A stretch of DNA of 32,000 nucleotides from Candidatus Saccharimonadota bacterium (GCA_963706795.1 OY970170.1:1110001-1142000), one strand, 5' to 3'. Shown: positions 20,544-30,383, counted from the first letter of the stretch. Translations and numbers: made by a program. Notes: generated by a model from the sequence alone, not told the origin.

Positions 20544-20618
20544 TGGCAGCCCCAGTAGGAATCGAACCTACCTCGCAGGATTTGGAGTCCTGAATTCTAG
20601 CCGATGAAATATGGGGCT
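20544..20618 (-). tRNA. trnW: tRNA-Trp, anticodon CCA, 75 nt with encoded 3' CCA
   Basis: Hand-folded cloverleaf: acceptor AGCCCCA/TGGGGCT, anticodon stem CAGGA/TCCTG with loop CTCCAAA, T arm GTAGG-TTCGATT-CCTAC, discriminator G, GG in the D-loop. The D-stem has one T-T mismatch. Confidence 0.85.
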
Positions 20619-20645
20619 ATAGAAGGGGCGAACCCCTTCAATGTG

Positions 20646-20825
20646 TTATTTTGCAGCGACGAGATTGGCAACGAGTTGTTGTACATGCGGCAACATGATT
20701 CCAACTTTATTGTCACCATCTTCTTCTTCGAGCTTTTTCTTCAATACGATTGCTCGTACTGCTCTGATCTCTTCCTCCTCTCGTCGAGCTCGGTTTGAGA
20801 GATCAGAATCTGGTCCGAAATTCAT
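20646..20825 (-). CDS. hypothetical small charged protein, 59 aa (MNFGPDSDLSNRARREEEEIRAVRAIVLKKKLEEEDGDNK...)
   Basis: ATG lies 1 nt after the tsf TAA. Ends with TAA 20646-20648. The track ORF starts earlier, at 20846, inside tsf. Confidence 0.4.
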   Translation of the reverse strand: MNFGPDSDLSNRARREEEEIRAVRAIVLKKKLEEEDGDNKVGIMLPHVQQLVANLVAAK

Positions 20826-20826
20826 A

Positions 20827-21615
20827 TTAAATTGAGTACTTTTCAAAACTAATAATAGCTCCAGTTCCGATGAATTCCTGAACCTTCTGGTCTGGATTTA
20901 CAACGAATGGCTGTGTGAGGAGAGCGTTCTCTTCTTTGAGCTTTGTCATCTTTCCTTCGATAATTTTTTCGAGGATGTCAGTTGGCTTTCCAGCGTTCTT
21001 TGGATCTTCGGCCATTTGTGCGAGAGCAATTTCACGCTCTTTGGCAACGAAGTCTGCAGGAACGTCACTTGGAGAAACTACCTGTGGCTGTGATGCAACA
21101 ACGTGCATGGCAACCATCTTGAGCTTTTCTACGTCAGTTCCAGCCTGAGCTACAACAACTGCTCCATTCTTAAAGTTTGAGTGAACGTAGCTTGCAACTA
21201 CTGGTCCTGAGATCTTTGTGAGTGCAAGGATCTTCATGTTTTCACCAACCTTGAGAGTGTATTCTGAAGCCTTGAGTGTCTCAGCTTTTTCGATTGCTGA
21301 TGCATCGTCTGCAGAATTCTTGCGGATTTCGATAAATGTATCGAGCATTCCTTCGAATGTATCATTACGAGCAACGAAGTCAGTTTCACATGAAACAGAG
21401 GCAACGTATACGTCGCTTCCTTCTGTAACGATCTTGATGCGACCTTCTGAAGTTTCGTTTCCAGCGCGCTTTGCGGCCTTGGCGATACCCTTTTTGCGGA
21501 GGACTTCGATAGCTGCTTCGATATCTCCGTTTGTCTCTGTGAGAGCATTCTTACAGTCTGCCATTCCGACACCTGTGCGCTCACGGAGTTCTTTGACCAT
21601 TTGTGCGGTAACCAT
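20827..21615 (-). CDS. tsf: elongation factor Ts, 262 aa
   Basis: MVTAQMVKELRERTGVGMADCKNALTETNGDIEAAIEVLRKKG is the canonical UBA-like N-terminus. Intact in the standard code, with no TGA. Confidence 0.95.
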   Translation of the reverse strand: MVTAQMVKELRERTGVGMADCKNALTETNGDIEAAIEVLRKKGIAKAAKRAGNETSEGRIKIVTEGSDVYVASVSCETDFVARNDTFEGMLDTFIEIRKNSADDASAIEKAETLKASEYTLKVGENMKILALTKISGPVVASYVHSNFKNGAVVVAQAGTDVEKLKMVAMHVVASQPQVVSPSDVPADFVAKEREIALAQMAEDPKNAGKPTDILEKIIEGKMTKLKEENALLTQPFVVNPDQKVQEFIGTGAIISFEKYSI

Positions 21616-21632
21616 GGTATGTGAGGTTATTA

Positions 21633-21968
21633 TTTAGAATATTTTGTAATGAGGTCCACGATGAGTCGGACGATGCCGAGCATGTAGGATTCTCATTGGT
21701 AGGCCTTGTATGATGTCCAGCCTGCAATAATGAGGTAGAGGAACATACCAAAGCCAGAGCTTCCATCTATTGGAAGGAAGCTCATGACGATCAGGATGAA
21801 GAAAAACGCGAGTGCTTGTTTGAGATGAAACATCACAAATGCATCTTCGTTTTTGTGCAGTAAATAGGGAAGAACGAATCCAAAAGGAATGTAGCAGACC
21901 GCAGCAAGAACACGAAGTTCTTTGCTGGGGCCGGTGCTTTCTTCGAATATAGTCTGTTCGCTATTCAT
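21633..21968 (-). CDS. DUF4870-like small integral membrane protein, 111 aa
   Basis: LAAVCYIPFGFVLPYLLHKNEDAFVMFHLKQALAFFF pattern. Track ORF 21693-21968 extended through TGA 21693 to TAA 21633-21635. Confidence 0.6.
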
Positions 21969-21980
21969 GTGAGAAGAGAA

Positions 21981-22748
21981 TTACTCGGCTGCTGTCTCTG
22001 TTGCTTCAGCTTCTCCTTCTGCTGCTTCGTCACCCTTGTGAGCCATTCGGTCGAGCTTGAGTGGATTTTCAGCCTTCTTTTCACGCTTGATTGATCCCTT
22101 GAGGTATTCGAGGATGAATGAGAGAGACTTGATTGAGTTAACGTTACATGGAACGAAGTCTGTAGTGTGGTCAATATCACCAGTCGATCCGAGGAGCGCG
22201 TAAGTTGGGAGCTTGAGAGTTGCAGCTTCAGCGAGTGCAAGGTGCTCGAAGTGTCCGTCAATTACGAAAAGTGCGTCTGGAACACGGCGGATATCCTTGA
22301 TACCTTCGTATGATTTTTTGAGCTTTTCGAGTTCTTTGATCTTTTGAGAGATTTCCTTCTTTGTGAGACCTTCGAATCCACCTTCAGAGGCAGTTTTTTC
22401 GATGGTGTTGTAGGTAGCGATTCGCTTCTTGATAGTAGGGAAGTTCGTGAGAAGTCCAGGAACCCACTTACTGTCGATGTAGTAGTTGTTGGTTTCGATT
22501 GCGATTTTGCGAGTAAGTTCTCGAGCCTGAACCTTTGTTCCGATGATGAGAATAGTCTTACCCTTTGCAGAAAGGTCTGCGAGAATAGCCTTCATGGCTT
22601 CGAGCTTTTCAGCGGTCTTACCGAGATCGAAGACGTGAACGCCATTCTGAACTCCGTAGATGTAATTACGCATTTTTGGCGACCAGTATTGGCGCTTGCT
22701 TCCGATATGCACTGCATTTTCGAGCATATCTTTGACGAGGTTCGTCAT
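21981..22748 (-). CDS. rpsB: 30S ribosomal protein S2, 255 aa
   Basis: MLENAVHIGSKRQYWSPKMRNYIYGVQNGVHVFDL and VIDGHFEHLALAEAATLKLPTYALLGSTGD. Acidic C-terminal tail. No TGA. Confidence 0.95.
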   Translation of the reverse strand: MTNLVKDMLENAVHIGSKRQYWSPKMRNYIYGVQNGVHVFDLGKTAEKLEAMKAILADLSAKGKTILIIGTKVQARELTRKIAIETNNYYIDSKWVPGLLTNFPTIKKRIATYNTIEKTASEGGFEGLTKKEISQKIKELEKLKKSYEGIKDIRRVPDALFVIDGHFEHLALAEAATLKLPTYALLGSTGDIDHTTDFVPCNVNSIKSLSFILEYLKGSIKREKKAENPLKLDRMAHKGDEAAEGEAEATETAAE

Positions 22749-22804
22749 AAGTGAGAGAAAAAAAAGAATAATCCTTGGTCCGATCCAGTGTTAAACTTTC
22801 GATG

Positions 22805-22829
22805 CCGAAGCCTTTCTCGAGGCTTTCGG
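22805..22829 (-). promoter_or_regulatory. stable hairpin in the rpsB 5' leader (possible autoregulatory element)
   Basis: CCGAAGCCT-6 nt-AGGCTTTCGG with one bulge, about 60-80 nt upstream of the rpsB ATG and downstream of the preceding terminator. Confidence 0.25.
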
Positions 22830-22842
22830 AGGAAGAAAGCGT

Positions 22843-22889
22843 AAAACAAAAAACCGGCTCTAAGCTCATTTTCCGAGCAGAGAGTCGGC
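22843..22889 (-). terminator. rho-independent terminator of the upstream ORFan pair
   Basis: On the minus strand, CCGACTCT..GCTC-loop-GAGC..AGAGCCGG followed by TTTTTTGTTTT. Confidence 0.65.
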
Positions 22890-22941
22890 CAAAGTATATG
22901 GAATTTGTGGAGAATGCAAGCCTTTTAAGCCTCTTTTTTGA

Positions 22942-23733
22942 CTAGAGTTCTATGTGGATAATGGCAACATATGGATTTGAATCCTTAAATGCATAATTAT
23001 CGAGATAAACCTGTGAGACTTTGTTTGGATCATATATAACTACGGCAGGTTTTTTATGAACCTCGGCATGTTCATCCGAGAGCGCATAGTAGAGTGGATT
23101 ATTGATGTTATCAGAGTCTACTAAAAATCCGGATTCGTCTGTTGCAAAAAATGTACCTGGATTATTTTTGCGTGAATAATGCTTTTTGCTTTTTGTATTC
23201 CCAAATCCGCTGTAAAGCAGATCTGAGCGATAAAATGGAAGCTTGCGCAATTCTTCTAAAAAGAGCTCACTTTCGTGTGTACTATCAAAAGCCTCATGCA
23301 GACTTATATTATAGGCTGGAATATCAAGAATTGCATCTGTATTGATCGGCTGGAGATTGACTCCCGCAAGAAGCAAGAGATTTATAAAAGAATTTAATTC
23401 AGTTTCTACTGCCTGTATGTCAGTTTGCGTAACGTGCGCATGAGGATGGGTGATATGAGCCTCAGCTAGCTTTCTAAAATCAGAGCCATGCGTGAGCATG
23501 AGCGACTTAAAGGCATTGCCTATCTTGAGCATTTTTTTTGCGTACGATTGATCAAGCAATTCATTGCGAGTACTGAGCATTTCTGCTGTTTTGCAGGCCG
23601 CATTGATGGATCAGAGATATTGCAGAGGATCCTTCATAAAACCTTTAATAACGGCTTTTGCTTCTGTTTCAGAGAGAGCTAGTTTTTTGCTTGGAATGAG
23701 TACTTTGTTTTCGGATTGATCAGGTGTGTGCAT
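22942..23733 (-). CDS. hypothetical protein, 263 aa (ORFan)
   Basis: Track ORF 22942-23580 extended upstream through one TGA to ATG 23733 (MHTPDQSENKVLIPSKKLALSETEAKAV...). Ends with TAG 22942-22944. Starts 8 nt after the upstream gene's stop. No motif recognised. Confidence 0.6.
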
Positions 23734-23741
23734 TTTTGTGC

Positions 23742-25154
23742 TTATAATTGAGTATTATTTGATTGCTGGCGATTTGCATTTCATCTCGTGGCTACGAGTT
23801 CGATATGATTGCCAAGACGATCTGAGGATTTGTTCGGAGACATTTCATAAACCTTGAGCCAGTCAAGCAGTCCATGATAGGCATGAAGCGGATTATTATG
23901 TGAAGCTGCAAAATACTGCATCATCACAGAAGTAGTCACTTTCGGGTCATTTTCCAATGCCTTTTGAAGCGTTGGAAGCGGGTGAGTGATGAGTTCCTTT
24001 TGACGAGTTACCATCTTTTTCCCAACTTTTTGCTGCACGGGAATATAGAGAATATTGTTCTCCGGAAGCAGGCGAATTGTATTCGCAATATTATGAATTG
24101 CGAGCAAATATGCGGCCTTGTGATGATTTTCGGGAGAGAAGTTTTCGATATTCGAATCCCCAAGAATTTTATTATTCGCAAATACACGATCGGCAGTTAC
24201 TGCGCCTGCTTCGCTTCATTCTTTATTGCGTCAGCCGACGGACATTTTGGTGTGCTGGTAATTACCAAAAGAGACATACGGATCTCAGAGTGCCGGAATA
24301 TGCGCAAGGTATTCAACGCCTGCTTTTTGTAGCAGAAGATCGTAGAGCTTTTTATTAAAATTGCCGCCCATTTGGTCCATGATTTCGGTCATGGAGAGCT
24401 CTATGAGCTCTTTTGCTCTGATCTTTTGAATGAGTTTTTTGGCAAGAAGCCTTTTATGAGGATTTTCGAGTTTGTAGGGTGGCTTTGCAAGACCATTCTC
24501 GATATCGAGTTTTGATTGCATGGCTGCGATTTCTCCATTGATACCTGTCTCAAATTGCTCAATTGTCATCTGTTTCCACGGAGTTTTACTCTCAATTACT
24601 GGTAGGATTCTAGCAGTATAAAATTCTCGCAATACAGGATTTCGTGATTCGAATCGCTTGAGTTTTTCTTCCCAGAGTTCTCTGAGATTTTCGCGGAAAT
24701 TTATCTCGGGATTCATTCCTTCGAGTGTGATCGCTTTTTCTTTGTTTTTGAGAAGCTTTTGATAGAGCACATGAGACTCTTTTTTGTCGTCGGGTAGATT
24801 GCTCAGAGCTTTCCATGCTTCTTTGTCTTTTGGAGCTGTAAAAGTTGTAAAAGGTGCGACTCGATCTTTGTTTGTTCAAAAGAGAAGTTTACGCGTCATA
24901 GTCTCGCTCCCAATAACATTTTGTTGCGACCCAAGCTCTCGGAGATCGAGTTTTTGCGCTTTATTTGTTTGGATAGCCTTGATTTCGGATTTGAGATCTG
25001 ACTGTGCTTTTCGGGCGTCGTGGCTCACAAAAAGCTTTTTCACTCTACAACTAGCACGAGCCATAATGCCGTCTATGGTCGCGCAATCTTCGGGAAGCGG
25101 TCGTGGAGTTTCGACTACGGGAGTCGGCTTTTCAAGGAGGTCTCTTTGACTCAT
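23742..25154 (-). CDS. hypothetical protein, 470 aa (ORFan)
   Basis: Track ORFs 24876-25154, 24285-24770 and 23781-24107 share one frame and are joined by 5 TGAs. ATG 25154, TAA 23742-23744. No signal peptide or TM segment. No motif recognised. Confidence 0.6.
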
Positions 25155-25198
25155 GTTCGAAGTTTAGCACATGCGCTATTTTGGAGCAAAAATCCGCG

Positions 25199-25226
25199 TT
25201 GAAAAACCATCAAGCTTGTGTACTAT
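25199..25226 (+). promoter_or_regulatory. candidate promoter for gatB (TTGAAA-16 nt-TACTAT)
   Basis: Hexamers at 25199-25204 and 25221-25226, about 30 nt upstream of ATG 25258. Confidence 0.35.
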
Positions 25227-25257
25227 GAAGCCTTCTCGGAGAATATTCATCAAAATT

Positions 25258-26688
25258 ATGTCCAAATACGAAATTGTCATGGGGCTCGAAACTCATGTCC
25301 GAATCAAATCTGCTACAAAGATGTTCTGTGGTTGTGCCAATGCGATCGAACTCGCTGATGAGCCAAATACCAATGTTTGTCCGGTATGTATGGGAATGCC
25401 TGGAATGCTTCCGGTTCTCACAGCTGGCGTAACGGATCTCGCGGTTCGCGCGTCGCACTCGCTTCGTATGACTGTAAATCAAAAATCGGTTTTTGATCGT
25501 AAGAGTTATTTTTATCCGGACCTTCCACAGGGATTTCAGATCACCCAGCTCTATCATCCAATTGCAGAACACGGTACTGTCACTACTTTTGTGGCTGGAG
25601 TCTCCAAGACTTTTCGCGTAAATCGTCTCCATATTGAGACGGATGCCGGCAAACTCGTTCATGCTGGTACAAAAACTCTCTGTGACTACAACCGTGCTGG
25701 ATCACCACTCATGGAAATCGTAACAGAGCCTGATTTTAGAGCTAAAGATGAAGTAATCGCCTATCTCGAAGAGCTCCAAAAACTCATGCGTTGGTCAGGA
25801 GCGTCTGATGCCGACATGGAAAAGGGGCAACTTCGATGTGACGTTAATATCTCGCTTCGTCCTATTGGTTCAACTGAACTTCGTAATCGCGTTGAGCTTA
25901 AAAATATCAACTCGTTCTCATCGATCGGACGCGCCATCGATGTGGAGTTTGCTCGCCAAGAAGAAATCTATGAAGCAGGTGGCACTGTCACTCAAGAAAC
26001 TCGTGGCTGGGATGATGAACACGGAGAGAGTCACTCAATGCGTTCCAAAGAAGACGCTATGGATTATCGATATTTCCCTGAGCCCGACCTCCCGCCTCTA
26101 GTGATTACTCCCGAGTATATTTCAGAGCGCCAAATTGGTGAGCTCCCAATCGATCGTCGTATGAAATATCTTGGTGAATGGAAACTCCAAGAAGACGATG
26201 CTCGAATACTCAGCAATGACCGCGTACTCTCGGATTACTACGAGTCGCTCGTTGCGCTCACGGATGATCCAAAGAAATCGTGTTCGTATATTACGACTAT
26301 TCTCTTCGGTCTCTTCGAAGAAGCACAAGAAGCAGTCGATCTTGGAACGCTCAGATTTGATATCAAAGAACTTGCCGAAGTCATCAAACTCGTCAATGCA
26401 GATGGGCTCTCAAGCACTAATGCAAAAACAGTAGTTTCTGAACTCTTCAAAAATGGCGGATCAACTGGTGTAATCGTTGATAAACTTGGTCTTCGCCAAG
26501 TAAATGACACTGGTGCACTCGAAGCCGTCGTTGACGGTGTGATTACTGCAAATCCCGCACAGGCTACTGAATACCAAGCTGGTAAAGTACAGCTCTTCGG
26601 TTACCTCGTTGGTCAATGTATGAAGGAATCTAAAGGACAAGGAAACCCAAAGATATTTACAGAAATGCTTAAGAAAAAGCTTGGATAA
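25258..26688 (+). CDS. gatB: Asp/Glu-tRNA(Asn/Gln) amidotransferase subunit B, 476 aa
   Basis: MSKYEIVMGLETHVRI, CPVCMGMPGMLPVL, HIETDAGKL and YRYFPEPDLPPL motifs. Start trimmed from the track's 25171 to ATG 25258. No TGA. Confidence 0.95.
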   Translation: MSKYEIVMGLETHVRIKSATKMFCGCANAIELADEPNTNVCPVCMGMPGMLPVLTAGVTDLAVRASHSLRMTVNQKSVFDRKSYFYPDLPQGFQITQLYHPIAEHGTVTTFVAGVSKTFRVNRLHIETDAGKLVHAGTKTLCDYNRAGSPLMEIVTEPDFRAKDEVIAYLEELQKLMRWSGASDADMEKGQLRCDVNISLRPIGSTELRNRVELKNINSFSSIGRAIDVEFARQEEIYEAGGTVTQETRGWDDEHGESHSMRSKEDAMDYRYFPEPDLPPLVITPEYISERQIGELPIDRRMKYLGEWKLQEDDARILSNDRVLSDYYESLVALTDDPKKSCSYITTILFGLFEEAQEAVDLGTLRFDIKELAEVIKLVNADGLSSTNAKTVVSELFKNGGSTGVIVDKLGLRQVNDTGALEAVVDGVITANPAQATEYQAGKVQLFGYLVGQCMKESKGQGNPKIFTEMLKKKLG

Positions 26689-26721
26689 TAAAAAACACCC
26701 GATTGATCGGGTGTTTTTTTA
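26689..26721. terminator. bidirectional rho-independent terminator between gatB and map
   Basis: CACCCGA-ttga-TCGGGTG flanked by AAAAAA and TTTTTTT. Confidence 0.8.
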
Positions 26722-26728
26722 GTGTAAA

Positions 26729-27532
26729 TTACAAGAATTTCTTTGTTGCTGTGAGAACTTCGTGACCGGTTTCGGTAACGAGGATCGTGTGTTCGAATTG
26801 TGCAGAGAGCGAGCCGTCTTTGGTACGGACTGTCCAGTCATCGTCCATGAGTCTGGTTTTGTAGCCACCAGCATTGATCATTGGCTCAATCGTAAAGATC
26901 ATACCTGGAACCATCTTGTGTCCAGAGTTCTTGAGTGCCTTGTGGTAAATAACCGGCTCGTCTTCATGGAAGAGTACGCCAACACCATGTCCTGTATATT
27001 CACGGACTACTCAATATCCCTGCCCTTCTGCAAATTTTGAGATCTCGTAACCGATATTGCCCGTAAAATTCCCAGGATAGACCTGTGTAATACCGAGATC
27101 GAGACACTTCTTGGTGATCTCAATGAGGGCGAGAGCTTTGGGGCTCGTCGTTCAGACGATATACATGCGGGACGCATCGCCAAAATATCCATCGTAGATC
27201 GTAGTGACATCAATATTGAGGATATCTCATTCTTTAAGAATCTCATCCTTGCGAGGTATTCCGTGGCAGATGACGTCATTAACGGAGATGCAATTGTATT
27301 TTGGGTATCCGCCCTTTGACCAATTGTTATTGCCGAGATAGTCGATACATGCCGAAGTTCCACCCTGCGAGAGCATAAAATTGTTCGCAATGTGGTCGAG
27401 TTCTTCGGTAGAGATACCTTCTTTGACGTATTCTCCGATCATATCGAGAACGGCTCCTGTAATCGCCGAGGCTTTACGGACTCACTCTATTTGTTCTGGC
27501 GTTTTAATAACAACACCCTTTGGTTTTTTCAT
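26729..27532 (-). CDS. map: type I methionine aminopeptidase, 267 aa
   Basis: MKKPKGVVIKTPEQIE-G-VRKA, ILKE-G-DILNIDV, MYIV-G-TTS, GY-G-VVREYTGHGVG, FTIEPMIN, QFEHTILVT. 4 in-frame TGAs unite track ORFs 27227-27442 and 26729-26914. Confidence 0.92.
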
Positions 27533-27555
27533 GGTTTTTTAAAATCAACTCGGGA

Positions 27556-28023
27556 TTATATCTCTGTGGCGAGAATTCCAAATTCTTTTTGAAGTGTCTG
27601 GAGGATATATTGCTCGTGTTCCCACATAATTTCGTATTCTTCCTCGGTTTCATGATCAAATCCTTGGAGATGGAGAAGTCCGTGCGTCAGGAGGCGGTAG
27701 ACTTCTTCGGTAGGCGTATGTCCAAAGGTTGTTGCCTGCTCGAGGATCTTGGTTTCAGAGAAGAGAATTTCGCCAAAAACCTCGTCCGGACGTATCACAT
27801 CAGCAGTTCCAAAATAATGAAACGAGAGCACATCTGTATTCGAATCAATCTCACGATAGGTCCGATTGAGTTCTCGCATGCGCTCGTCGGGTATTACTGC
27901 AACATTTACAATCCCCATCTGCTCTATTCCTGTGGTTTGTAAGAGTGCGTCAATGATGACGGTCATAACATCTTCCTCGAGTGGGAGATTGTTTGGGAAG
28001 TCGATTACTTGAAGTGAATACAT
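27556..28023 (-). CDS. ybeY: rRNA maturation endoribonuclease YbeY, 155 aa
   Basis: Zinc motif THGLLHLQGFDH. Start trimmed to ATG 28023, which overlaps the upstream TAA as TAATG. Confidence 0.9.
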   Translation of the reverse strand: MYSLQVIDFPNNLPLEEDVMTVIIDALLQTTGIEQMGIVNVAVIPDERMRELNRTYREIDSNTDVLSFHYFGTADVIRPDEVFGEILFSETKILEQATTFGHTPTEEVYRLLTHGLLHLQGFDHETEEEYEIMWEHEQYILQTLQKEFGILATEI

Positions 28024-30356
28024 TATTTGAAATCTACATTGTAATTTTGAAGTCCAGGCTGTTTGAGGAAAACTGGCTTCATTGCGCAATTTGCCGGTGT
28101 GGATTCGTAGTCGAATTTTATCTCCGAATTTTCGAGTACTTTAGTATTGGTTGTAAAATCTATACTCGTGTAATCTGGTTGACTGTCATCGGTTGTCACT
28201 GAGACATTTGCGTGTGATTTGAGTTTAGATCCTTTTGGTACGAGGAGTCGAACGTATTCGACATTTTCGCCGTTTCCTTGGACGAATAACTCATGCTCGT
28301 GTGTTTTGGGATCTATATTGTAGCTATAGAGCATGCGACGTATCATCTCACGTGTTCCAATATCAAAATTGTGCGAGGTTTTGAGGCTGAATGTATTAAG
28401 CATTGTACAGCCGGCGACTGACTTGGCAGTGAGCTCAAAATTGCGGTGTACATACCGATCAGATTTATTCCCTGAGAGTGAAGTAAATACTGGATATACA
28501 AAATTATCTCTTCGCCCCTTGTAGGCATCATCCGGTATAAATTTGTGGATGAATGTGTCGAGATCGCCATCTCGGTGGGCTACGAGGATTTCACCCGCTG
28601 CAACATTGCTCTCGAGTGCATCAAGATAACGCGTGTATTCGCCAGTTTCACGAAGCTTTGATTCGAATGCTTCAATAAATGTAAAAAGTATGTCTTTTGC
28701 GCTCGTTTTGCGATTGATTTGTCACTCAACAAGTACCGAGAGAATGAGTGAAAAATTATCACTCGTGACAGTTTCTTTAATACCAGGAACCGTTATCGGT
28801 CCAGTAATACTCAGGAGATCGGTTATGAAGCCCTGATTGATTGCGACGATACCATCGAGTGTTCCACCGCCAGATTTTTCGTACATGCGTGAGATCGTCT
28901 CAAAACTCTCCTTAAAATTTGGATAGTAGTTGGCATCACGCATTCCATAGACATCCGTGATCTTATCAATACCAGGTGGCGGCGTTTCTCCATATGGGAA
29001 GAGTCGCCAGTCATAAAAATAGATGTCCTTTTTTTCGTATGACTGTAATCGCCCCTTATAAAACACGAGTTCTACCGCGCTTCATGGAAATCCTCCATTC
29101 GCGCGAAGTTCGTCACGGTTTTGGTTGAGGATGAGATAGTGTTTTGGGGTTTTGTCACCAAGCAGTGCAAAAATCTCATTTTGGTGTGCGAGTGTGAAAT
29201 CGAGTGTGCGCTCTATACTCTCAAGGAAGTGTACAGCTTTTGTGAGTTTTTCTTCCTTTGCAGGATCTCCGAGATTTTGGATAGAGCTAAATTCTATGAC
29301 AGATTTTTTGAGGCTATCACGAATGATGCCAAGATTTTTTGCACGCGCCTCAAATATATCCGTGAGCGGAAGCAAATTTGCCGCTAAAAGCCGTGGATCC
29401 GTGTAGGTAAGTGCACTTCATGAATTGGTATGTACTCATGTAGCAAGCTCATTGCGAAGTGTATCGAGCTCAGCAAATGCCTCGAGTAAGGCCTTTCAGC
29501 CATGGATAGCATGGGCAGCATTATCGAGATTTTCGCTGCGTGCGACTCAGGCGCGGATGAGGATATCGAGTGGCAAAAAAAGAAGATCTGCCTTTTGGAA
29601 TTCGGTTTGAAGTGAGGCGATCTCGTTTGAAATTGCCACTGGATCCTTCATTTCTTTGAGCGCAATGAGACGGCTATATCCGTCCATAGTGATCGTTTTG
29701 ACGCTATTTGCTAGAAGCCCAAGAAGTACGATTGCTATAATCGCTCAGAGCGCGAACCCAGAGCTGACTTTGAGAACTTTTTTCCCATGTTTTCTGCGAA
29801 AACGTCTAATACGCCTAGAGAGAGGCAGATCGAGCGCATAAATATCCGGACGAAGCCGCTTAAGGTCATGAAGCTCCAGCGTGCGAACATCGACTGCCGT
29901 ATCTGGAAAATCTGGCAGAGCAGGGTAGAGGTCAATCACTGGTAAGCGCGGAGAGAACGCCTTCCTCGAAAATGACGAAAGAAGTGTCGGCGCAAAAACC
30001 TGTGATCCATAGAGATCAAAAAGTCTTGAAGTTGGATGATTTTTGACTGAGAGAGTGAGTTTTTGACTGAGATTTACAGGCACAAAAGGCTCGACTCGCA
30101 TGTCATTCCAAACCCTGTGAGGATTGTGATTGATCGCAATAGTCTCACGAAAAGGGAAATGTACCGTGACATCAATAATCGGAGGAATACCCGAATCAAT
30201 ACTGAGGTCATTTAAAAAACCAGCGGGTTCAATCGGTGGAAGTTCTTCGTCTAGCGTTTCCTCGTGCTCATCGTGGCCGTGTGCGTCATGCTCATTGTGG
30301 CCAGAGTGCTCATCGTGGGCGTCGTGACTTGCGTGATCGGAGTGATCGTGTGACAT
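28023..30356 (-). CDS. DUF4012 domain membrane protein with His/Asp/Glu-rich cytoplasmic N-terminus, 777 aa
   Basis: Track ORFs 29745-30395, 29082-29375, 28722-29066 and 28023-28403 share one frame and are joined by about 7 TGAs. N-terminus MSHDHSDHASHDAHDEHSGHNEHDAHGHDEHEE. One TM helix (GFAL-G-AIIAIVLLGLLANSV). DUF4012 signature LILNQNRDELRANGGFP-G-SAVEL. ATG 30356 preferred over the track's GTG at 30395. Confidence 0.78.
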
Positions 30357-30383
30357 CTCGCTTGCGCTTCGGGGGTGACTTTT

